A stretch of DNA of 64,000 nt. Source: Tubulanus polymorphus. Lineage: Eukaryota > Animalia > Nemertea. Both the position numbers and the translations under genes were made by a program. This document shows, in pieces, positions 11,777-23,635 of this stretch. The stretch is taken from NCBI RefSeq assembly GCF_964204645.1, contig NC_134028.1, positions 20,335,245-20,399,244 on the forward strand, in the 5' to 3' direction. Positions within the stretch are counted from its first letter, which is position 1. Every line of letters starts with the position of its first letter. The notes under the pieces were generated by a model, which saw only the letters and a list, made by a program, of their open reading frames with translations, was not told where the DNA came from and searched no databases.

Positions 11777-12219
11777 AAGAACAAGTCGTTATACTTAATA
11801 TATATTTGCATATCTTTATTTATTCATAGTTATAAACATTGATTTATTTACACTCACTTATACATGCGTTTATGTTTTCAGTTTTACTTTAAACTATTTA
11901 ACTAATATATATATTTATTTATTTATCTATTTATTTAAGATTATATGAAAGTTGGTAAACCATTGGTTTAATATCGTTATAAGTGTTTTCTATATTTCTT
12001 TTTATTTCAGGGATGGGATCTAACTCGTACCCCCCTCTAAGCGCACCTTTTCCCGTTTTTTTTTTCTTCCTTTTCTACTTTTTTATGCCAATTTCCCTAT
12101 AATTCTTTTTTAAAATAAATAAAGAAAAAACCAGCATTTGATTATTAACATAATTCATGACTTTAGTTTTTGATATTTATCTATATACGGATTGAGGATA
12201 CAGGAGATACATATATTCA

Positions 12220-13070
12220 TTAATCATCGATTTGGAATACAGGATGAGGATTACAGTAAACACACTGGAGAGCACCCATCTGATTCTGATGATCATCATT
12301 GAACATACACGCTTTCATCCCAACGAGTTCAGGTTCCAAATCAACGAAAGAAATATTCATCAGTTTCTCCCACTGTTTTTCAGATAGTTCTATCCAGGTT
12401 TTCGTATGAACTCGTTGTTCCGTTGCAGCTATATAACAAAAATATCTAATGTCGATTATAACCTTATTGAAACGTTTGAACACGGTCACGTATCGGTTCC
12501 TACCGACGTGTAATCGAAAATCCTCTATGATATTATTGTTATTGTTGCTTTCATTAAACGAATTGATGGCGGAATTTATGGAATCTCTATGCCAGTCGAG
12601 ATTAGCCCATTCTTGCAGGTGTAGGCTAATGCCGCGTTTCGTTGGAAATAATCGAAGGTCATCACTGAGTTCATAAGTTCGTATGTCAACACGTTTAACA
12701 TCCTGCCACTCGCTGACACACGCAAACACTAAATTGCCCAGATAATGACGTTTCACATCCGCTTTCGCATAGACGTATTCTTCTTTAGACTCACTCAGTT
12801 TTATATCCGTTTGTACACAAGCATTCTCTTTAACAACCGTATCTATGACAAAAGAAAAGATAATATGGTTACATTACAAGTGAAACAATAAATAACTCAA
12901 AGGAGGAGAGGATGTTTTACAAACAAACAAATTAATTACACATACATACCAGGCTTAGCAGCGTTAATATCTAGCTTTAAATTCTTGAAATTCAGTCTTC
13001 GAGGTCTCTTTTTTGGAGCATCAGGTTCAGACATGTTTCGTTTCAACACGGGAGTTGTGTGCGTATCCAT
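12220..13070 (-). CDS. Spliced tandem PC4/p15-like ssDNA-binding protein with C-terminal CHCC motif (exons 13070-12950 and 12842-12220, ~247 aa)
   Basis: Two PC4-like repeats (VSEWQDVKRVDIRTY..PTKRGISLHLQEW and RYVTVFKRFNKVIIDIRYF..IELSEKQWEKL) and tail CMFNDDHQNQMGALQCVYCNP. A 107-bp GTATGT...ttttcttttgtcatAG intron joins the exons in frame (phase 1). Confidence 0.85.
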
Positions 13071-13082
13071 GATCAACTCAAC

Positions 13083-13132
13083 GAATGAAATCACCTTTGG
13101 AGAACACACGTTATATACCCCTCATGACGTCA
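13083..13132 (-). promoter_or_regulatory. Pol II core promoter of the PC4 gene: CRE (TGACGTCA), TATA (TATATAA), Inr (TCATTC)
   Basis: TGACGTCA at 13125-13132, TATATAA at 13117-13111 and TCATTC at 13088-13083. TATA to Inr A spacing is 31 nt. ATG at 13070. Confidence 0.7.
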
Positions 13133-13299
13133 GATATTTTTCAGAACGAGGATCGTAATCATCGAAACAATTGATAATTTGCATATGTTTATATTCATTC
13201 AGATCTAACCATATTCAAATGATCTCGTTTTTAAATTTAACACACACCAGCTCAATAGATTACCATAAAAACCGGTAACTAAATACCTAACTCAATAGT

Positions 13300-13690
13300 T
13301 AACCCACATTAGCTCCATATAACACATAGACATTAGCCCGATAACTAGTTCACATTAGCTCGGTATTAACATTCATTCACTCACATTAGCTCAATGTTAG
13401 CTCAGATTAGCTCAGATGTTAACCGACATTAGCTCAAATTAGCTCAGATGTTAACCGATATTAGCTCAGATTAGCTCAACAGTTTGCTCAGATTAGCTCA
13501 GATGTTAACCAACATTAGCTCAGATTAGCTCAAAAGTTTGCTCAGATGTTAACCGACATTAGCTCAGATTAGCTCAAAAGTTAGCTCAGATTAGCTCAAA
13601 AGTTAGCTTACATTAGCTCAAAGTTAGCTCACATTAGCACAGTTAGCCCAAAAGTTAGCTGTGCCAGAACCCCCCTCTGACTATACTACT
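13300..13690. mobile_element. Polinton/Maverick terminal repeat (one end) with internal ~10-bp ttagctcaga tandem repeats
   Basis: Ends ...ctgactatactact, i.e. 5'-AGTAGTATAGTCAG on the minus strand, matching the (AGT)n terminus typical of Polintons. Unrelated pPolB-relic sequence resumes abruptly at 13691. Confidence 0.8.
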
Positions 13691-14572
13691 TAGGCGGGAT
13701 ATCCGTCGTAATCCATCGGTATTTCGAGGCTAACAACAAGAATTTCGCCGATAATGACCCTTCAATAGAATCCTCCTATATCATGTATTTGGATGCAAAC
13801 AATTTTTACGGTTAGGCAATGTCACAGGTTCTGTGAGCGAATGTAGGTGGTTGGAACCACAAGTCGCCCCTCTTTGGCGCACTATCCCTAGTATTATTGA
13901 TTTACCCGATGACGTCCAATTTGGTATGATCCTCAAGTTTGACCTTGAATACGGTGCTGAGCTACATTACTTACATAATGACTTTCCCTTTGCCCCGGAA
14001 CCCATGCCGGTGAGTAAGGATATGCTCTCCTCACTGTGTCAAAAAGATTTATTTCCATCTCTAAATTTAAGCGAAACCAAGATAAACAATCTTATCCCCA
14101 ATCTTGGCAATAAGAAAAACTACATCATTCATTATAGGAATCTTAAACTTTATCTGAAACTTTTATGAAATTGACAAAAATTAACCGGGTTTTGTATTTT
14201 ACTCAGTCTGCATGGATGGCTCTATACATTCGTTAGAAAACCAATTATCGAACTGGCGAAAACCAATTTTGAGAGGGATCTATATAAACTTTTGAATAAT
14301 GCCAGTTTCGGTAAGACTATGGAAAATATTCGCCATTGGCTAAATTATCAAACTATAAACGACCCCAATAAATTGAGCAAAGCTTTAGCGAGGCCATCTA
14401 CGATTTCGTGGAATGTGAACAACGACAAAAAGGTTTTAGCCGAATTCAAGTATGAAACCAATTCTTTCCCATTGGTCATTTCTCGTTTTCGAACAACAAA
14501 AAAAGGGTTTAAGGCAAATTTAAGGATGAAACCAATTCTTTCCCCATCAAAGTGTTCTGTGGTTTGTGGAGT
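13691..14572 (+). pseudogene. Duplicate of the 3' part of the lineage-B pPolB relic
   Basis: Near identical to 2479-3360. Confidence 0.88.
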
Positions 14573-14573
14573 G

Positions 14574-15172
14574 TGATGCAATCAGTCTGCAAGGTGAAAT
14601 GGTTATGACTGATTGTAAAGGGGTTTGATACAATCTGTCTGCAAGGTGAAATGCTTATGACTGATTGTAAAGGGGTTTGATACAATCAGTCTGCAAGTTT
14701 AAATGGTTATGACTGATTGTAAAGGGGTTTGATACAATCAGTCTGCAAGGTGAAATGGATATAACCGATTAAAAAGGGGCTTGATACAGTCAGTGTGCAA
14801 GGAGAAATGGATATGACTGATTGTAAAGGGGTTTGATACAATCAGTCTGCAAGGTGAAATGGATGACTGATTGTAAAGGGGTTTGATAAAATCAGTCTGC
14901 AAGGTGAAATTGATGACTGATTGGTAAGGGGCTTGATACAATCAGTCCACAAGGGGAAGTGGCCATGACTGACTGTAAAAGGGGTCGATACAATCAGTCT
15001 ACAAGGTTAGATGGTTATGACTGATTGTAAAGGGGTTTGATACAATCAGTCTGTAAGGTGAAATGGATGACTCGTTGTAAAGGTGGTTGATATTATCAGT
15101 CTGCAAGGTGAAATGGCTATGACTGATTGTAAAGGGGTTTGATACAATTATTCTGCAAGTTGAAATGGTAAT
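14574..15172. repeat. 52-bp hairpin tandem array 3 (copy of array 1)
   Basis: Same units in the same order as 3362-3960. Confidence 0.95.
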
Positions 15173-15205
15173 TTGGATGAAGGATTTTATGAGTTGGCAA
15201 ATGAG

Positions 15206-18112
15206 ATGTATTTATCGCAGAAACAAGTTACTGAAAGACTGTGCTTATGACCAGTCGCCCTACCCAAGCGGTATGGGTGCACAATGTGCGTGCTGGTGTT
15301 CGCACACGTCAGCTCGAGATCCCGGCACATTAATCGTGTGCACAGAAAAAGTAATCCGCTTTGTGTCAAATGCGGAGAGGGGTTTAGCACGACGGCCTAC
15401 CGGGATAGGCATCAATCACGTTGTGCGAGAACTCTCCCAATCCCAGCGACCGGTCCTTGAACCAACAGTAACTAGACCACCACCAACACCGCCAGCAGCA
15501 GTAGGAGCACAGCCGCCACCACCAGCAGCAGTAGGAGCACCACCGCCACCACCACCACCACCAGCAGCAGTAGGGACACCGCTGCCTCCAAAACCAGCAG
15601 CGGAATGGGAATGGGAAGAATTGCCGGACCTTGATGAGGAAACTCTTGCCCTCATCGGGATCCGGCAAGGTGGCGCCTTAGAGGGGTATATGCGAAAATA
15701 CGAGTTCCCATGCACTGAGAACAACAAGTTTGATCTGGTTTAATTCTATAACGATATCAAACCGCATCTCATCCGACTGCTTAAAGATGATTTAGGTAGA
15801 TTGGGTCGGATAAAATGGTTTATCAGCATTCATATAATTTTAGAAAAAGATATCGATGATGTCCATCAACAAAGGACTGTATATTTTACTAGCCATACTG
15901 CTTTCAATGGTGAACAATTTGACGAGCTCTTGGATCAGGCTAAGGATAAAATGATCCAATTATTGGAACAATACAATACTGAGGGTACTGGTTGGATGTT
16001 TGATTATGTCGAAGTCTTCGATCTACATGTCGGCATATATGAACCATTAGGTGGAGGTTCGTATATACCCTCTCCTCGTGTAATCGTTTCACGAGGAAGG
16101 GTTATAAATATCCAAAATTTTGAGGATAAAATATGTGCTTCCTTTGGTCTGTTCTTGCCCACCTCCACCGAATGGACACGAACCCCCAACGAGTATCCAA
16201 GTATTTTCGGCACAGGAACGAATTGAATATGAACCATATCAATTATCCAGTAACCGTAGAACAAATACCCATATTCGCACGGCAAAACGATATATCAGTT
16301 AACGTATTTGCCTATGAAGATGGGAATATGTTTGTTCGTCGTGTGTGTGATAATCCAAGAGCAATTCATGTAAATCTATTGGTATTAGTTTATGATGATA
16401 ACATGCATTATTGCTTAATCAACGATCTCAGTAAATTTCTATTTCATTTAAACAAGAGAAGACCAAAATGTTTTTGGTGTTATAAATGTTATGCATTCTT
16501 TTGTCTCGCAAGAGAATCTTGACGTTCATACTCGGTACTGTATTCAAGGAATACAAAAGATAATCATGCCACCGACAGATGAGAATGTCTTGAAATTTGT
16601 TAATGTCACAAAACAGCACAAACTGCCATATGTGATATATGCTGACTTCGAAATGTTTTAGAATCGATTGAAGGGTGTAAATTGACATCCCTCCTCGAAA
16701 AAGCAGAGGAAATATTAAAGGAATACAAAAATCCTCAACCTTTGGTTATCAACGACGTCGATGAAACACACTTCAAATCAACTGATATTTGTCATATATG
16801 TAAGGAAACCATAAATGGTAAGAAATGTCGGGATCACGATCATATAACCGGCAAATACAGAGGCCCAGCTTGTAATTCATGTAATCTAAGTTATAGGGTT
16901 CCTAATTTCATACCTGTGATTTCATAACTTGAAAAGTTATATGACAGTCATGAAATTATTATATCATTGGGCTTGGTTGAATTTAGGGGGTATAAAATTT
17001 CAGTGATCCCGACGAACACTGAAAAGTTTATCGGATTTACACTTGGTCCCATGTTTGGTCGCAGTTTAACATGGCAAACATGGGCGAGTATCACGATCTC
17101 TATCTTAGAACCGACGTTTTGCTACTTTCAGATATTTTCGAGGAATTCCGCAAGTTCGTTCACAAGAGCTAAGGATTAGATCCTTGTCATCATTATAATC
17201 TACCTGAAATTAACGAAGATTAATCGTGTTCTCCGTTTTCGACAATCAGCCTGGATGTCACCGTACATTGCTTAAAATACCGAATTCCGAAAAAATGCGA
17301 AATCTAGTTTTGAAATGGATATGTACAAATTACTGAATAATGCAAGTTTTTGGCAAAACAATGGAGAACATTAGGAATCGAATCGACTACAAAATAATAA
17401 ACGAACCCGGGAAATTGAGAAAAGTTATAGCGAAGCATCTGCTATTTCGTGGAACATTATAATTTCGGAAAATGTTGTGGGGGTAAAAAATGACAGATTT
17501 CGATCAAGTTTGATAAGCCCGTGTATCTTGGCTTTAAAGTAATTGAAATGTACGAATTTCATTACAATACCATCAAGGCAGGATACGGAGATAACGCTAA
17601 ACTTCTTTTCACAGATACGGATAGTTTAACGTACGCTATTCGTAGCGACGATTTGTACGCGGATATGGCGGGGATTTCCGACCAGTTCGACTTTTCAGCC
17701 TATCCCATTGGTCATCCTTTATTCTCGGACAAAAATAAGAAAGTACAAGGCAAATTTAAGGATCACACCAATTCGTTCCCCGTCAAAGTGTTCTGCGGTT
17801 TACGGAGTAAGATGTATTCGATGACATATCTTTCTCCGTATAACAACGGAACACTTGTGGAAAAGAAAACTGCAAAAGTTGTTGCGTTGCGAAGTACGTC
17901 GTTAAGCAGTCCGTATCCCACGATAACTACGTTGATTGCTTACGTAACCAATCACGAATAATGGCTAACATGCGGTCTATCCGGAGCTACAATCATAAGT
18001 TGCATTCGGTGAATTTGAATAAAGTCGGTTTATCACCATACGACGAGAAACGTTATATACTCGATGATGTTGTAAGCACATATGCTTATGGTCATCATAA
18101 AATGATAATTAA
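15206..18112 (+). pseudogene. Internally deleted ZnF-pPolB copy A3 (duplicate of A1)
   Basis: Same deletions and frameshifts as 3994-6900. Confidence 0.92.
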
Positions 18113-18483
18113 ATGATGATTAAGAGAACAACTTGTTATATATACTTAATATATATTTGCATATTTTTATTTATTCATATTTATAAACATTAATTCATTT
18201 ACATTTATTTATACCATTTAACTCGTACCCCCCTCTAAGCGCACCTTTTCTGGTTTTTCCTTTTCTACCTTTTGTCAATTACCTTATAATTTTTCAAAAA
18301 TTAATAAAAAACCTGTATTTGATTGTGAACATAATCGACTTTAGTTTTTGATATTTCATCATTTTTGATATGTCATCCTTCGTTTTTGAACAACAACAAA
18401 AAGGTTTTAGGCAAATTCAAGGATGAAATCAGTTCTTTCCCCATCAAAGTGTTCTGTGGTTTGCGGATTTTGATCAGGATTTA

Positions 18484-19132
18484 ATACAATCAGTCTGAAA
18501 GGAGAAATAGTTATGACTGATTGTAAAGGGGTTTGATACAATCAGTCTGCAAGGTGAAATGCTTATGACTGATTGTAAAGGGGTTTGATACAATCAGTCT
18601 GCAAAGGTGAAATGCTTATGACTGATTGTAAAGGGGTTTGATACAATCAGTCCGCAAGGTGAAATGGTTATGACTGATTGTAAAGGGGTTTGATACAATC
18701 AGTCTGCAAGGAGAAATGGATATGACTGATTGTAAAGGGGCTTGATACAATCAGTCTGCAAGTTTAAATGGTTATGACTGATTGTAAAGGGATTTGATAC
18801 AATCAGTCTGCAAGGTGAAATGGATGACTGATTGTAAAGGGGCTTGATACAATCAGTCCACAAGGGGAAATGGCTATGCCTGATTGTAAAGGGGGTTGAT
18901 ACAATCAGTCTGCAAGGTTAGATGGTTATGACTGATTGTAAAGGGGTTTGATACAATCAGTCTGTAAGGTGGAATGGATGACTCGTTGTAAAGGGGTTTG
19001 ATACAATCACTCTGCAAGGTGAAATGGTTATAACTGATTGTAAAGGGGTTTGATAGAATCTCTGCAAGGTGAAATGGCTATGACTGATTGTAAAGGGGTT
19101 TGATACAATTATTCTGTAAGTTGAAATGGTAA
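18484..19132. repeat. 52-bp hairpin tandem array 4 (copy of array 2)
   Basis: Same units in the same order as 7272-7920. Confidence 0.95.
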
Positions 19133-19166
19133 TTTGGATGAAGGATCTTATGAGTTGGCAAATGAG

Positions 19167-21993
19167 ATGTATTTATCGCAGAAACAAGTAACTGAAAGAC
19201 TGTGCTTAGGACCAGTCGCCCTACCCAAGCGGTATGGGTGCACAATGTGCGAGCTGGTGTTCGCAGACGCCAGCTCGAGATCCCGGCACATTAATCGTGT
19301 GCACAGAAAAAGAAATCCACTTTGTGTCAAATGCGGAGAGGGGTTTAGCACGACGGCCTACCGAGATAGGCATCAATCACGTTGTAACTGGACTACCACC
19401 ACCACCAGCAGTAGGGGCACCACCGCCACCACCACCACCAGCAGCAGTAGGGACGCCGCTGCCTCCACAACCAGCAGCGGAATGGGAATTGCCGGACCTT
19501 GATGAGGAAACTCTTGCTCTCATCGGGATCCGGTAAGGTGGCGCCTTAGAGGGGTATATACGAAAATACGAGTTCCCATGCACTGAGAACAACAAGTTTG
19601 ATCTAATTTAATTCTATAACGATATCAAACCGCATCTCATCCGACTGCTTAAAGATGATTTAGGTAGATTGGGTCGGATAAAATGGTTTATCAGCATTCA
19701 TATAATTTTAGAAAATGATATCGATGATGTCCATCAACAAAGGACTGTATATTTTACTAGCCATACTCGAAGTGCTTTCAATGGTGAACAATTTGACGAG
19801 CTCTTGGATCAGGCTAAGAATAAAATGATCCAATCATTGGAACAATACAATACTGAGAGTACTGGTTGGATGTTTGATTATGTCGAAGTTTTCGATCTAC
19901 ATGTCGGCATATATGAACCATTAGGTGGAGGTTCGTATATACCCTCTCCTCGTGTAATCGTTTCACGAGGAAGGGTTATAAATATCCAAAATTTTGAGGA
20001 TAAAATATGTGCTTCCTTTGGTCTGTACTTGCCCACCTCCACCGAATGGACACGAACCCCCAACGAGTATCCAAGTATTTTCGGTACAGGAACGAAATGA
20101 ATATGAACTATATCAATTATCCAGTGACCGTAGAACAAAATACCCATATTCGCACGGCAAAACGATATATCAGTTAACGGATTTGCCTATGAAGATGGGA
20201 ATACTTTTGTTCGTCGAGTGTGTGATAATCCAAGAGCAATTCATATAAATCTATTGGTATTAGTTGACGATGATAACTAGCATTATTGCTTAATCAACGA
20301 TCTCAGTAAATTTCTATTTCATTTAAACAAGAAAAGACCAAAATGTTTTTGGTGTTTTAAATGTATGCATTCTTTTGTCTCGCAAGAGAATCTTGACGTT
20401 CATACTCGGTACTGTATTCAAGGAATACAAAAGACAATCATGCCACCGACGGATGAGAATGTCTTGAAATTTGTTAATGTCACAAAACAGCACAAACTGC
20501 CATATGTGATATATGCTGACTTCGAAATATTTTAGAATCGATTGAAGGGTGTAAATTAACATCCCTCCTCGAAAAAGCAGAGGAAATATTAAAGGAATAC
20601 AAAAATCCTCAACCTTTGGTTATCAACGACGTCGATGAAACACACTTCAAATCAACTGATATTTGTCATATATGTAAGGAAACCATAAATGGTAAGAAAT
20701 TTCGGGATCACGATCATATAATCGGCAAATACAGAGGCCCAGCTTGTTATTCATGTAATCTAAGTTATAGGGTTCCTAATTTCATACCTGTGATTTCATA
20801 ACTTGAAAAGTTATATGACAGTCATGAAATTATCATATCATTGGGCTTGGTTGAATTTAGGGGGTATAAAATTTCAGTGATTCCGACGAACACTGAAAAG
20901 TTTATCGGATTTACACTTGGTCCCATGTTTGGTCGCAGTTTAACATGGCAAACATGGGCGAGTATCACGATCTCTATCTTAGAACCGACGTTTTGCTACT
21001 TTCAGATATTTTCGAGGAATTCCGCAAGTTCGTTCACAAGAGCTAAGGATTAGATCCTTGTCATCATTATAATCTACCCGAAATTAACGAAGATTAATCG
21101 TGTTCTCCGTTTTCGACAATCAGCCTGGATGTCACCGTACATTGCTTAAAATACCGAATTCCGAAAAAATGCGAAATCTAGTTTTGAAATGGATATGTAC
21201 AAATTACTGAATAATGCAAGTTTTTGGCAAAACAATGGAGAACATTAGGAATCGAATCGACTACAAAATAATAAACGAACCCGGGAAATTGAGAAAAGTT
21301 ATAGCGAAGCATCTGCTATTTCGTGGAACATTATAATTTCGGAAAATGTTGTAGGGGTAAAAAATGACAGATTTCGATCAAGTTTGATAAGCCCGTGTAT
21401 CTTGGCTTTAAAGTAATTGAAATGTACGAATTTCATTACAATACCATCAAGGCAGGATACGGAGATAACGCTAAACTTCTTTTCACAGATACGGATAGTT
21501 TAACGTACGCTATTCGTAGCGAAGATTTGTACGCGGATATGGCGGGGATTTCCGACCAGTTCGACTTTTCAGCCTATCCCATTGGTCATCCTTTATTCTC
21601 GGACAAAAATAAGAAAGTACAAGGCAAATTTAAGGATCACACCAATTCGTTCCCCGTCAAAGTGTTCTGCGGTTTACGGAGCAAGATGTATTCGATGACA
21701 TATCTTTCTCCGTATAACAACGGAACACTTGAGGAAAAGAATACTGCAAAAGGTGTTGCGAAGTACGTCGTTAAGCAGTCCGTATCCCACGATAACTACG
21801 TTGATTGCTTAAGTAACCAATCACGAATGATAGCTAACATGCGGTCTATCCGGAGCTAAATCATAAGTTGCATTCGGTGAATTTGAATAAAGTCGGATTA
21901 TCACCATACGACGAGAAACGTTATATACTCGATGATGTTGTAAGCACATATGCTTATGGTCATCATAAAATTCCGGCAATAAATGATGATTAA
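19167..21993 (+). pseudogene. Internally deleted ZnF-pPolB copy A4
   Basis: The 5' part matches 7955-8760, including both TAA stops. The remainder carries the same three deletions as A1 plus private mutations. Confidence 0.92.
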
Positions 21994-22357
21994 GAGAACA
22001 ACTTGTTATGCTTAATATATATTTGCATATTTTTATATATTCATAGTTATAAACATTAGTTTATTTACATTTATTTATACCATTTAACTCGTACCCCCCT
22101 CTAAGCGCACCTTTTCTGGTTTTTCCTTTTCTAACTTTTGTCAATTTCCTTATAGTTTTTCAAAAATTAATAAAAAACCTGCATTTGATTGTGAACATAA
22201 TCGACTTTAGTTTTTGATATTTCATCATTTTTGATATGTCATCCTTCGTTTTTGAACAACAACAAAAAAGGTTTTAGGCAAATTCAAGGATGAAATCAGT
22301 TCTTTCCCCATCAAACCATCACAGTGTTCTGTGGTTTGCGGATTTTGATCAGGATTT

Positions 22358-22818
22358 AATACAATCAGTCTGCAAGGTGAAATGCTTATGACTGATTGTA
22401 AAGGGTTTTGATGCAATCAGTCTGCAAGGACAAAATGGATATGACTGATCGTAAAGGGGTTTGATACTATCAGTCTGCAAGGTGAAATGTTTATGACTGA
22501 TTGTAAAGGGTTTTGATACAATCAGTCTGCAAGGTGAAACGGATATGACTGATTGTAAAGGGGTTTGATACAATCAGTCTGCAAGTTTAAATAGTTATGG
22601 CTGATTGTAAAGGGGTTTGGTACAACCAGTCTGCAAGTTTAAATGGTTATGACTGATTGTAAAGGGGTTTGGTACAATCAGTCTGCAAGGTGAAATGGAT
22701 GACTGACTGTAAAGGTGTTTGATACAATTAGTATGCAAGGTGAAATGGCTATGACTGATTGTAAAGAGGTTTGATGCAATCAGTCTGCAAGGTGAAATGG
22801 ATATGACTGATTGTAAAG
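22358..22818. repeat. 52-bp hairpin tandem array 5
   Basis: Same unit, more diverged. Lies within a 641-bp tandem duplication (~22179-22818 and 22819-23459). Confidence 0.93.
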
Positions 22819-22998
22819 CCTGCATTTGATTGTGAACATAATCGACTTTAGTTTTTAATATTTCATCATTTTTGATATGTCATCCTTCGTTTTTGAACAA
22901 CAACAAAAAAGGTTTTAGGCAAATTCAAGGATGAAATCAGTTCTTTCCCCATCAAACCATCACAGTGTTCTGTGGTTTGCGGATTTTGATCAGGATTT

Positions 22999-23635
22999 AA
23001 TACAATCAGTCTGCAAGGTGAAATGCTTATGACTGATTGTAAAGGGTTTTGATACAATCAGTCTGCAAGGACAAAATGGATATGACTGATCGTAAAGGGG
23101 TTTGATACTATCAGTCTGCAAGGTGAAATGTTTATGACTGATTGTAAAGGGTTTTGATACAATCAGTCTGCAAGGTGAAACGGATATGACTGATTGTAAA
23201 GGGGTTTGATACAATCAGTCTGCAAGTTTAAATAGTTATGGCTGATTGTAAAGGGGTTTGGTACAACCAGTCTGCAAGTTTAAATGGTTATGACTGATTG
23301 TAAAGGGGTTTGGGTACAATCAGTCTGCAAGGTGAAATGGATGACTGACTGTAAAGGTGTTTGATACAATTAGTATGCAAGGTGAAATGGCTATGACTGA
23401 TTGTAAAGAGGTTTGATGCAATCAGTCTGCAAGGTGAAATGGATATGACTGATTGTAAAGGGGCTTGATACAATTAGTCCACAAGGGGAAATGGCTATGG
23501 CTGATTGTAAAGGGGTTTGATAAAATCAATCTGTAAAGTGAAATGGATGACTCATTGTAAAGGTGGTTGATAAAATCAGTCTGCAAGTTGATACGGTAAT
23601 TTGTATGAAGGATCTTATGAGTTGGCAAATGAGAT
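22999..23635. repeat. 52-bp hairpin tandem array 6 plus the conserved array tail gaaggatcttatgagttggcaaatgagat
   Basis: Same unit. The tail is shared with arrays 1-4 but here it is followed by unrelated DNA. Confidence 0.93.

Larger units (their letters stand above)
13691..19970 (+). repeat. Direct duplication of 2479-~8760 (offset 11212 bp)
   Basis: ORF pairs 2621/13833, 3080/14292, 3953/15165, 6309/17521 and 7922/19134 share the same offset. Only scattered SNPs differ. Confidence 0.95.

Noticed and set aside
1-23635. Complete autonomous Polinton
   Set aside because: Only one terminus is present. No integrase, capsid, packaging ATPase or adenain protease ORF is recognisable.
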